Of a stretch of DNA of 31,961 nt, positions 1 through 8,001 are shown piece by piece. Source of the stretch: a virus (taxonomy: Duplodnaviria; Caudoviricetes); the IMG/VR virus record IMGVR_UViG_3300022923_002484, positions 1 to 31,961 of that record, one strand, 5' to 3'. The first letter of the stretch is position 1. The number at the start of each line of letters is the position of its first letter. A model generated the notes under the pieces. It made no database searches. It was not told the DNA's origin and was given only the letters and a program-made list of their open reading frames with translations. The translations under genes were made by a program, and so were the position numbers.

Positions 1-1312
1 CTACATCTTGCTGGCCTTGTGTCGTCGCAGAGGCGACCGCAGTGTTTAAGTCGTCAGCTGTGAATCCATTGTCCGTCGTCGGCACGCCATTATAGGTAGC
101 CGCATATCCGGTCGCTCCATACGGATAATATATAATTGCAGCTGAGATGCTAAGGAAGGCATCTGACGCAATTGTCGGGGCGGTCATCGATTGTAAACGT
201 ATGGAGGCTAAGTTCGTGCAGTTCCAGAATGCGTTATCCCCGATGCTGGTGACGCTGTTGGGAATGGTGATGCTGGTCAGGCCAGTGCAGGACTGGAATG
301 CGTAAGTCCCGATGCTGGTGACGCTATTAGGAATGGTGAAATCACCGCTAGCAGACGGGACAGCAGTAATCAACACAGTGCCATTCTTGTTGAGCAACAG
401 TGGTCCTGTCGAACTGTAATTTGGATTGTCGACAGCAACCACAATGCTGGTCAGGCCAGTGCAGGACTGGAATACGTTAGACCCGATACTGGTGACGCTG
501 TTGGGAATGGTGACGCTCGTCAGGCCAGTGCAGCTCCGGAATGCCTGATCCCCGATGCTGGTGACGCTGTCGGGAATGGTGACGCTCGTCAGGCCAGTGC
601 AGTTATAGAATGCGCTAGACCCGATGCTGGTGACGCTGTTGGGAATGGTGACGCTCGTCAGGCTAGTGCAGTTATAGAATGCGTAATCCGCGATGACTCT
701 AATTGGCTTGCCGCCAACATCGGATGGTAGGGATAGGTCTCCGCTGGCACGACTACCGTCGATTAAGAAAGCATAGCTGTCGGAAAACAAATATTTCACC
801 CCATCAACCGAAGAGTATGTTAGATTCGTCCCACTTAATGCCTGATACCCGATGCTGGTGACGCTGTCGGGAATGTTGATGCTCGTCAGGCTGCTGCAGG
901 ACTCGAATGCGGCAATCCCGATGCTGGTGACGCTGTCGGGAATGGTGACGCTCGTCAGGCTGCTGCAGTTATAGAATGCTAGAGACCCGATGCTGGTGAC
1001 GCTGTTGCCGATGGTAGCGCTCGTCAGGCCAGTGCAGTTACGGAATGCGCCACTCCCGATGCTGGTGACGCTGTTGGGAATGGTGACGCTCGTCAGGCTG
1101 CTGCAGTTATTGAATGCGTAAATCCCGATACTGGTGACGCTGCGCCCGTCAATAGTAGCTGGAATCTCAATCGCGCCAGTAGCATCAGTCGGATAGTCAG
1201 TAATCGTCACTGACGCGTTGTCGGCATTGACCGAATAGGTATACAGGCCAGATACTGCAGCCCCCGCATTGCCTAAAAGTGCGATCGATAGAAAGATGGT
1301 TAAAAGTCTCAT
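1..1312 (-). CDS. Secreted BspA/TpLRR-type leucine-rich repeat protein (3' end runs off the window; absent from the ORF track)
   Basis: Manual translation from the ATG at 1312 gives MRLLTIFLSIALLGNAGA (signal peptide), then about ten 23-aa repeats of the type LTSVTIPNSVTSIGxxAFxxCxx. No in-frame stop was seen before base 1. Confidence 0.92.
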   Translation of the reverse strand, partial: MRLLTIFLSIALLGNAGAAVSGLYTYSVNADNASVTITDYPTDATGAIEIPATIDGRSVTSIGIYAFNNCSSLTSVTIPNSVTSIGSGAFRNCTGLTSATIGNSVTSIGSLAFYNCSSLTSVTIPDSVTSIGIAAFESCSSLTSINIPDSVTSIGYQALSGTNLTYSSVDGVKYLFSDSYAFLIDGSRASGDLSLPSDVGGKPIRVIADYAFYNCTSLTSVTIPNSVTSIGSSAFYNCTGLTSVTIPDSVTSIGDQAFRSCTGLTSVTIPNSVTSIGSNVFQSCTGLTSIVVAVDNPNYSSTGPLLLNKNGTVLITAVPSASGDFTIPNSVTSIGTYAFQSCTGLTSITIPNSVTSIGDNAFWNCTNLASIRLQSMTAPTIASDAFLSISAAIIYYPYGATGYAATYNGVPTTDNGFTADDLNTAVASATTQGQQDV

Positions 1313-1481
1313 GTGGCATATGCTTGCGAGCGACAGTATTTTTGCAATTTAAAAAGCCACGAACTTAGATTAGCAGCGTTAGCAGCTGGCACGCTGAGTG
1401 ATCGACTTAAAAGACCAGCGTGGAAGCGCTGTGCGGTTGCAGTGCAGACGAGGCGGTGTGCGCGGAGGTGCGCGGTTGCAG

Positions 1482-1509
1482 TGCGGACGACGCGGAGGTC
1501 GTCCCTCCC
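1482..1509 (-). repeat. REP-like palindrome family A (GGAG-GGACGAC-CTCCGC-GTCGTCC), preceded by a degenerate copy at ~1430-1470
   Basis: Identical 28-mer at 3164-3191; variants at 13216, 13278, 15401, 18232 and 18823. Confidence 0.85.
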
Positions 1510-1686
1510 CGGGAAAGTGCAGGCCTCCGCAAGCGGAGACGACGCGGTTAGGAGACTCGGTTCTTTTAGCCTGTGCCTAAACTTGCTAGGAAAACTGCTT
1601 TATTGGGTGAACTAGTCATATATATTAGACGAAGGATTTTTCACTTTTGCTTGCTTGCTTTAAATCGATCATTAAGCATTCCCAGA

Positions 1687-3099
1687 ATGAAGCCCATTCT
1701 TATACTAGTTTGCTTACTAAGTTCGTCACTGTACGCTATTGATTTTAATAAGCAATTTTTCAATACTCTTGAGATCGAGAAGATGCCCTTAGTGAAAGCG
1801 GTAGATCGTATTAATAAAATTCATTCCAGCCAAAGTGATGGTCAACCTGAATTCCTGATCTTACTACAGGATCCAGTTAATATGAATGATGAAGTTTCTT
1901 TCACGCTAAAAGATGTAAATTTGCAATTGCTTTTAGATATTCTACTCAGTGGAACTAATTACAATTACACAGCCTCAGGTCAGTATATAATAATTCAGCG
2001 TAATCATAGTAATCCCCAAGCAATACGCGTAGCTGATGTTTTCGATAGCCGTGATTCTGTATGCCTGATTGAGGTGAACCCTAGCCTAGAAAATGATCTA
2101 AGCACCGACTCTTTGGGCGGCTCAGGAACAGGATTTCTTTGTAAATTAAATGGTGTTAATTTTTTAGTGACGAACATACACGTGATAGAGAGTGCTAACT
2201 CTATAAGCGATATTTCAGTCAGAACTCGCGATAACGTAGCTGTAGAATTGACCAACGGCTTTGTAGCACAGGATCGAGATTTATGTATTTTCAAATTGGA
2301 AGAAAACCCAAATTTAAAATATCTTACGATAAGTAAATCTGTATCAAGCCTACAGCTTAATGCCCCCATCCATCTGCTAGGTTACCCTCTCGGTGGTGGT
2401 ATTCTGCGCAAAGCCGATGGTACTTTAGATGGAACTGGCTCAAGTCTTATTGAGCTAAACTGTAGTGCATTCGCTGGAAATAGCGGTGGACCAGTTTTTG
2501 ACTCAGTTACGAATGAGATCATAGGTGTATTGACGAGTGTAGAAATAGTATCGAAGGATAAATTCACCGAACTAGCGCGAAAAAAGCTCACGAACCCAAT
2601 TGATGATGACTTAAGAACCTACGCCACGCGATTGGACACTGTTCCGCAGTCATCCTGGGAACCTTTAGTGTGGCATATTTGGCGAGATGAGAAAGAGAGA
2701 ATTCATCATCATCAAAATGCTTTATTTGCGGTCGCTTCATTAGTCGAATCCAACTATACTCCAGGTACGTTAATTTCTAATCAGAGTGATCTAATAAAAG
2801 ACCCTGATATTTGGCGGGCATATTCAAAATGCCAGAATGACTATACTGCCGCTCTCAGCAAAGGAGATAGAAACCTCAGGGCTTCATGCTTGCTAGACTT
2901 CGTCAAATTTATCGAGCATTACTTCAGGCCATTAACAGGTTCGCAGTGGAGAGAACTTAGCCGAGCTTGGAAATACGAGTGGTTTGTTTCTAGAAAGTCA
3001 GGGAATATCGGATTTGGGAAAGTTGAGGACATTAAACACCTATACCGCAAATATCACGATGAATGGAATTTGATGAGAATGAGGTGGGATTTAAATTAG
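1687..3099 (+). CDS. Secreted trypsin-like serine protease with an N-terminal STN/secretin-N-like domain (moron)
   Basis: Catalytic motifs TNIHV, DRDLC and AGNSGGP. Signal peptide MKPILILVCLLSSSLYA at ATG 1687 is preferred over the ORF-track start at 1573. Confidence 0.85.
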   Translation: MKPILILVCLLSSSLYAIDFNKQFFNTLEIEKMPLVKAVDRINKIHSSQSDGQPEFLILLQDPVNMNDEVSFTLKDVNLQLLLDILLSGTNYNYTASGQYIIIQRNHSNPQAIRVADVFDSRDSVCLIEVNPSLENDLSTDSLGGSGTGFLCKLNGVNFLVTNIHVIESANSISDISVRTRDNVAVELTNGFVAQDRDLCIFKLEENPNLKYLTISKSVSSLQLNAPIHLLGYPLGGGILRKADGTLDGTGSSLIELNCSAFAGNSGGPVFDSVTNEIIGVLTSVEIVSKDKFTELARKKLTNPIDDDLRTYATRLDTVPQSSWEPLVWHIWRDEKERIHHHQNALFAVASLVESNYTPGTLISNQSDLIKDPDIWRAYSKCQNDYTAALSKGDRNLRASCLLDFVKFIEHYFRPLTGSQWRELSRAWKYEWFVSRKSGNIGFGKVEDIKHLYRKYHDEWNLMRMRWDLN

Positions 3100-3163
3100 G
3101 GCTACACTTTACCAATCCTTACGGCGTCCAACGACTATCTAGCGTTGATTGGCTTCAATTATG

Positions 3164-3191
3164 TGCGGACGACGCGGAGGTCGTCCCTCCC
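3164..3191 (-). repeat. REP-like palindrome family A
   Basis: Exact copy of 1482-1509. Confidence 0.85.
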
Positions 3192-3200
3192 CCGGACATG

Positions 3201-3231
3201 AAGCAGCCCGCAGGGTGAGTGCGGGCTGCTT
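3201..3231. terminator. Hairpin between the convergent capsid and protease genes; probable bidirectional terminator
   Basis: 12-bp perfect stem AAGCAGCCCGCA/TGCGGGCTGCTT with a 7-nt loop; the U-tracts are weak. Confidence 0.6.
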
Positions 3232-3253
3232 GGTTGCGTGCTGACTTAGATGC

Positions 3254-3290
3254 CGATGCGGAGCACCCTGAAGGGCATACAATCGGCGAT
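3254..3290 (-). repeat. 37-bp hairpin-forming element, copy 1 (just after the capsid stop codon)
   Basis: Matches 4775-4811 with one mismatch; inner GCCC-TTCA-GGGT hairpin. Confidence 0.85.
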
Positions 3291-3297
3291 CCTTGGA

Positions 3298-4218
3298 TTA
3301 GGAGACGGTGATGCGCTTCGCGGAGATGGCGCTGGTGAGCTTGATGTCTTCAGTCCAGTCGACGGCGAGGACGTCGGAGCGGCTGGATTCTTCGCGGTAA
3401 GTGCGGACAACGTCGACTCCGCCGCGGCGGGTGCGGAATGTCTTCATAAAGCACGGATCGTATAACGAAGGTGCGTTGTTGCCGTGGAACAGATACATTT
3501 CAGAACCGACGATGTTTTTAGCGCTCTTGGTCTTGCCCCATTTATTTTGGTCGTAAGAGAGCACGCCGACACGGATGTCGAGGTCGGGGTTGAGTAGCAA
3601 GCTGCTGAATTGATTGCGGGTGACGCCAACTGAGGCGGCACCAGGGAAGCGAGCGATGACTTGCGGGTTATGCCGGATGGCTGCCCATGCAGGCAGTCCG
3701 ATGACGATGCGGTTAGGCATCATGCCGGTATCCGTTGCAAGTGCTTCGATTTGTGCGTCGATTTCAGCAATCGGGTCGTTGGTGTTGGCTGCGCCACTCC
3801 ATGCTCCGATACCGCCAGTGGCAGCGATTGAGCCAGCTACTGCGTTGAACACTTTGCGTTCATGCGAAGCGACGGCGGACGAGATAAGCGTGCGTGTTTT
3901 GGCTTGTTCCAAGTGGAGTGGATCGCCCCGCCCTGCTTCGTCGCGTTCGTGATCGTCAATGGGAATTTCGAGCGCCTGCGGTAAGCAGTTGTAAGTAGGA
4001 TCAGCGGCGGCGAACTCAAGTCGACGTGCCGGTCCACCGACCGCACGGGAAGTGTCCATGATTTGAAAGGCGTTTTTATCGCTGAAGTCTTTATATTGTC
4101 CTGTTGCAGCAGGGACGATGACTTCGGGCGCGATGAAATCGGCCAAGGTGGAACGCAGGTCTTGTGACAGGCCGCGGGCGTAGTTGGTTAGGGTGACGTG
4201 GTATTTGCTAGATGACAT
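3298..4218 (-). CDS. Phage major capsid protein (HK97 fold, capsid-E-like)
   Basis: 306 aa with motifs LADFIAPEV, NDPIAEID..TGMMPNRIVIG. Last gene in the terminase-portal-protease-decoration order. Confidence 0.85.
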   Translation of the reverse strand: MSSSKYHVTLTNYARGLSQDLRSTLADFIAPEVIVPAATGQYKDFSDKNAFQIMDTSRAVGGPARRLEFAAADPTYNCLPQALEIPIDDHERDEAGRGDPLHLEQAKTRTLISSAVASHERKVFNAVAGSIAATGGIGAWSGAANTNDPIAEIDAQIEALATDTGMMPNRIVIGLPAWAAIRHNPQVIARFPGAASVGVTRNQFSSLLLNPDLDIRVGVLSYDQNKWGKTKSAKNIVGSEMYLFHGNNAPSLYDPCFMKTFRTRRGGVDVVRTYREESSRSDVLAVDWTEDIKLTSAISAKRITVS

Positions 4219-4268
4219 AATGTGAAGGTTTGAAGGTGGGACTGTGTGAAGGTTGGGTGATTGATCTG

Positions 4269-4682
4269 CTACGGCATCGTGTAGGCAACTAGGCTTTTGG
4301 GAACTGCTTCAATCATTTCCCCTGCCACGCCATCCTCTAATGCCACGCCAGCGTAAAAGGTCGCGCCGGAAAATCCCTGATAGCCTGACGAACCGAAGCC
4401 AATATCGGTTCCAGAACTTACGCAGTAAAGCCAGTCGCCAGCAGCAGCTGGTTCAACCAGCTTGGCGAGGAATGTGCCAGCATAGCCTCCGTCAAACGCA
4501 GCAACGCTGGCGGTTTCGGCATCTGCACTGAGGATAACACCAAAGGCCCGATCCTCTGAGTACCAAGCATGGGCGTGTGGAACGTTATTGACTCCTGCGA
4601 GTTTTACAACTGTGCCGACTTGCGCAGATAGGTCAGTCGTAGTTGGCAGATGAATGATGGCGTTAGTTCTTGTTTGTGACAT
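4269..4682 (-). CDS. Capsid decoration/cement protein (DUF2190-like)
   Basis: 137 aa, Gly/Ala-rich, with C-terminal GVALEDGVAGEMIEAV; lies between the protease and capsid genes. Confidence 0.7.
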   Translation of the reverse strand: MSQTRTNAIIHLPTTTDLSAQVGTVVKLAGVNNVPHAHAWYSEDRAFGVILSADAETASVAAFDGGYAGTFLAKLVEPAAAGDWLYCVSSGTDIGFGSSGYQGFSGATFYAGVALEDGVAGEMIEAVPKSLVAYTMP

Positions 4683-4774
4683 AATTTTTTAAGTATGAAG
4701 GTGGGAAGGGACGCCGCATTGCGGCGAGTTGAAGGTTGAAAGGTGTGAAAGTTGAAAGGTGGCGAAAACGGGGT

Positions 4775-4811
4775 CGATGCAGAGCACCCTGAAGGGCATA
4801 CAATCGGCGAT
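4775..4811 (-). repeat. 37-bp hairpin-forming element, copy 2
   Basis: CGATGCAGAGCACCCTGAAGGGCATACAATCGGCGAT; see 3254-3290. Confidence 0.85.
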
Positions 4812-4818
4812 TCAAGGG

Positions 4819-4838
4819 TTAGCGGAACAAGTCTGGTG
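4819..4838 (-). repeat. Diverged duplicate of the last codons of the protease gene (PDLFR-stop)
   Basis: TTAGCGGAACAAGTCTGGTG versus TCAGCGGAACAGGTCGGGTG at 4894-4913; exactly 75 bp apart and in the same frame. Confidence 0.7.
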
Positions 4839-4893
4839 AAGTATTTCTACGAAATAGTTGTCGGTATTTTATGCCTCGGAACGGTGACTCTCA

Positions 4894-5946
4894 TCAGCGG
4901 AACAGGTCGGGTGTTTCTGTTTGAGCTTTGGCGAAGACAGTTTGGAAGTCGGCTTGCGGGTTGGCAGCCTGGACTTCGGCGAGTTTTTTAGTTTGCAGGG
5001 TCATTTTATCGAGCAGGCCGCTTTGCGCATCTTCGCCCGCAGTGACTGTTGCGAGGACGGGATGACTCGGCAGCGCTTCAAGTGCTTTGACCGCTTTTGC
5101 TTCGTCGCGGATGAGCGACTCAAGCCAGAAGCTTTTAGCGTCTGTATCCGCTGGAGCAATACGGCCTGCGTTGACGGCTGCTTCAATTTGCGAGGAGGCG
5201 CGGGCTTGGATGGCCTCTTCGATGCGGTTTTTCAGTTCCCGGTTTTCAGTTTCTAGTTCAGAGAACTTGGCTTCGATCGCTTGGACGATGGATTCTTCGG
5301 AGGCGTCGACGGAGTCGATGAGCTTGAGGGCGTAGAGTTTGGCTTGGATGGTCATAGATGGATGAGACTTGAGATGGGAGACTTGAGGGGGGAGGCCTGA
5401 GGGCGGCAACGACGGAGCGTTGCCCTCCAGGGTTTGGTTCTTAGCGAACAAAGGGGCGATAGATTTGAAGGCGGCGCGGTTGACTAGGCCGCCCATATTG
5501 GTTTCGGAACTGATGACTTTGCCTTCTTTGTCCGGGATAAAGGTCGGCGAAAAACGGCGGAAAGTTTTTTCCTGCACAGCGGTCTGCCCCGCCCCACTCC
5601 AGTCGACTTTGGCGCGTACGCCACCTGTCTTGAGATCGTCGCCCGCCCAATAAAACTCAGTGGGCCAAGCGGCGGCTTCGCGGTCTTCGTGATTGAAGTC
5701 AAAGAAGGGACGGTCGTCGTTGCCTTCGGTGGCTTTGGTGAGCTGCGCCTGGAGGAAGGCGTTGAGGGTATCGGCGGTTGCCGCGTCGACCGAAATGTCG
5801 AGTGCGACGGGTTTGCCAGCGCGGGAGGCGTTGATGCGATGGGTGCCTGGGGGCATGTACTGAAGTTCCTGTGGAACTTCAGCGGTCGAGTGATCCAGTG
5901 AAAGTGAGAGTGGCGTGGTCAGTGCGGCTTTGATCGCGGTGGGCAT
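4894..5946 (-). CDS. Mu-like prohead protease I with C-terminal scaffolding region
   Basis: Motifs PFFDFNH, AAAW, VDWS and FRRFSPTF, GGLVNRAA are typical of Mu gp32-type proteases; the C-terminal half is coiled-coil-like. Confidence 0.88.
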   Translation of the reverse strand: MPTAIKAALTTPLSLSLDHSTAEVPQELQYMPPGTHRINASRAGKPVALDISVDAATADTLNAFLQAQLTKATEGNDDRPFFDFNHEDREAAAWPTEFYWAGDDLKTGGVRAKVDWSGAGQTAVQEKTFRRFSPTFIPDKEGKVISSETNMGGLVNRAAFKSIAPLFAKNQTLEGNAPSLPPSGLPPQVSHLKSHPSMTIQAKLYALKLIDSVDASEESIVQAIEAKFSELETENRELKNRIEEAIQARASSQIEAAVNAGRIAPADTDAKSFWLESLIRDEAKAVKALEALPSHPVLATVTAGEDAQSGLLDKMTLQTKKLAEVQAANPQADFQTVFAKAQTETPDLFR

Positions 5947-5980
5947 GGATCGAGATTTGAGTCTCGGGATGCCTGCGGCG

Positions 5981-6023
5981 AGGGCTCTAATTCACTGGGT
6001 TTAATCGTGTTTCACTGAGTTTA
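5981..6023 (-). promoter_or_regulatory. Putative late-gene promoter/activator site upstream of the protease gene
   Basis: AGGGC-N5-TTCACTGGGTTT is shared with 9721-9742 at a similar distance from the ATG; a second TTCACTGAGTTTA lies 20 bp away. Confidence 0.5.
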
Positions 6024-6061
6024 TAAATTGACACTCAGATAGGTTCCATAAGATCCACTCA

Positions 6062-6991
6062 ATGAACCTATTTATTAGAATTGCCTTCCTCACCCTAAGC
6101 TCAATCCTAACAAATCAGCTCATAGGTCAGACCTCGCCCATAAGTCTACTGGGTCACAATGGCAGGGAAGCCAATTTCTCTGGAATAGCCTATGCTACAA
6201 AGGAGGGAGTATATACACGTCTAATGAACGGCAGCGAGATGTTGGTTCAGTGGGGCCAGATAGATGATTCCATGTATAAAGCAGAAGGTTCCATACTAAG
6301 GGAGCCATACTTATTTTTGAGTGCCGCGGACATAGTTAACCTCGCTTGGGGTTTTTATGAAAGCCCAGCGCTAGACGATTCTATTGAGGCTTTTATGCCG
6401 ACAGTTATTCAATGTGCATCAGATCAATATGCCCTAATCCTCTCAGAGAATTATAACAATTATGGCATAGCAGTGGTATGCACTACGAACGGCATAGATA
6501 TGAAGCCAATATTCCATAATCCTTTCGACGCCCCAAAACCAAGTTCTGCAGTGAATTTAACGAGTGGAGTCTTAAATGGGAAACTGGCAGACATGGGTAT
6601 AAACGGCCACGCTGCATTCATGCTGGACCTAGGCCATTGTAGAGCTTTCATCTACTTCAGAGAAAGCCCCATCGCAGTCTATGGATATGATCCTATTGAC
6701 AACGCCTTATTTGAAAATCGTCTGGTGCAGGAACGTCCAGTCGATCCATTTAGTCCATTTAATTCACGGCTCAAAAAAGATTTACGTGAATTTAAAAGCG
6801 ATATTCGTATAGCGAGCATATTACGTAAGGTTCGGATTGATTTTATTCGGGACCGTAAAGTAAAATCAAAGGATTTTGTGTTTACCCAAAAAATGAAAGA
6901 CGGCATCTATGGCTTTTCGGTGTTTTTATCCAACCGTGGTGTGAGCAAGCAATTGGAAGAAAAAAGCTCCTTATTTACTACAGAGAGATAG
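6062..6991 (+). CDS. Hypothetical exported protein (moron, antisense to the head operon)
   Basis: 309 aa with an N-terminal signal peptide; AT-richer than the flanks; upstream TTGACA and TAAGAT. Confidence 0.75.
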   Translation: MNLFIRIAFLTLSSILTNQLIGQTSPISLLGHNGREANFSGIAYATKEGVYTRLMNGSEMLVQWGQIDDSMYKAEGSILREPYLFLSAADIVNLAWGFYESPALDDSIEAFMPTVIQCASDQYALILSENYNNYGIAVVCTTNGIDMKPIFHNPFDAPKPSSAVNLTSGVLNGKLADMGINGHAAFMLDLGHCRAFIYFRESPIAVYGYDPIDNALFENRLVQERPVDPFSPFNSRLKKDLREFKSDIRIASILRKVRIDFIRDRKVKSKDFVFTQKMKDGIYGFSVFLSNRGVSKQLEEKSSLFTTER

Positions 6992-7076
6992 CTCCTAGGT
7001 TCACTTCATGCTGAGCCGATAGAAAAATGGTCGGTGAGAATTAGGTGGTCCTTGGTAGAGCTAAAGCTCCGTCCTT

Positions 7077-7230
7077 TCAACTAGTCTTTGACTGAACTGG
7101 GATCTCGCAATTGTGGTGCAATGGTGGCGGGGATGACCAACCAATGGGATAGGTGGTGCCGTTGAGCGGGTTACACTCGGGGCAGTCGTGATGTCCAGAA
7201 GAGGTCGTGGGTGCGGAGGTCGGTGGTTTG
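7077..7230 (-). pseudogene. Frameshifted, diverged duplicate of the portal gene 3' end (MuF-like motif)
   Basis: Encodes TTDLRTHDLFWTS/(frameshift)DCPECNPLNGTTYPIGWSSPPPLHHNCEIPVQSK versus portal TTDLKTHDLVWSGGDCPECDPLNGTTYPNGWSGSPPLHHNCDCEIMVQAKK. Confidence 0.85.
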
Positions 7231-7278
7231 CAGAACCACAGAGGGACGCGGATACTAATACGACGCTTTTTCTTACTG

Positions 7279-7953
7279 CTAATTATAGCCTTCAACTGAG
7301 AAGGCGTTGTCTTTGAGCTTCACAGTCACGCGTTCATTCAAATTCTTCCCCTCAATCTTGGCCTGAAATCCGATCTGGTATACAAATGAGTTCTCTTTCT
7401 GAGATATTGATGACGAAACTCGGACTCGAGAGGAGGACACACCATAAATATCCTGTCTCGATTTTTCTATGGCAGTCATTGTGACCAAAGGATTACCTCC
7501 GCCGGAAAGCCCAATCATCTGCTTCGCGCCTTCCCAATCCTTTTGATCGATATGGTTCAAGAAAACAAAAGCAAAAAAAGTAGCTTCAGCTTCAACAGGA
7601 TCGATCCAATTACTTTTTTGAAATTTTATTTTTTCTAATACCAGGCTCTTCTGGACTCTTTCTATGTATTCCTGATCACGTTCAACGAGTTCATCTCGTC
7701 GTATCTCGAATTGAGTCTGATCATTGTCACGAACAATAACGACAGTGCTTTTATTAATCTCTTTGAGTTCACCGGAAAAGGCTCCCCCACCCTTCGAACG
7801 CCATTCTCCTTTCACTGGCCAACTGATCCCATGGTCAAACTCAGCCACACGCGCTGGATCATTTATGCGTCCACCTCCGGGAGCATAGCCTTGAGAAAAC
7901 AGCATGTTGAAACTGAAAAAACACAGAACGAACAAAATGGTGAAAATTCTCAT
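7279..7953 (-). CDS. Exported protein with an SHD1-like domain (moron)
   Basis: Signal peptide; WRSKGGGAFSGEL...IRRDELVERDQEYI fits the SHD1 pattern common in PVC bacteria; the C-terminal part resembles DUF4019. Confidence 0.7.
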   Translation of the reverse strand: MRIFTILFVLCFFSFNMLFSQGYAPGGGRINDPARVAEFDHGISWPVKGEWRSKGGGAFSGELKEINKSTVVIVRDNDQTQFEIRRDELVERDQEYIERVQKSLVLEKIKFQKSNWIDPVEAEATFFAFVFLNHIDQKDWEGAKQMIGLSGGGNPLVTMTAIEKSRQDIYGVSSSRVRVSSSISQKENSFVYQIGFQAKIEGKNLNERVTVKLKDNAFSVEGYN

Positions 7954-8001
7954 AACAGGAAGCTACCAACACCTCCGTCATTCCTACGAGTATTAAATGA
8001 G

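Noticed and set aside
1-3. TAG stop for the BspA gene at bases 1-3
   Set aside because: It is out of frame with the ATG at 1312; the reading frame continues past the window edge.
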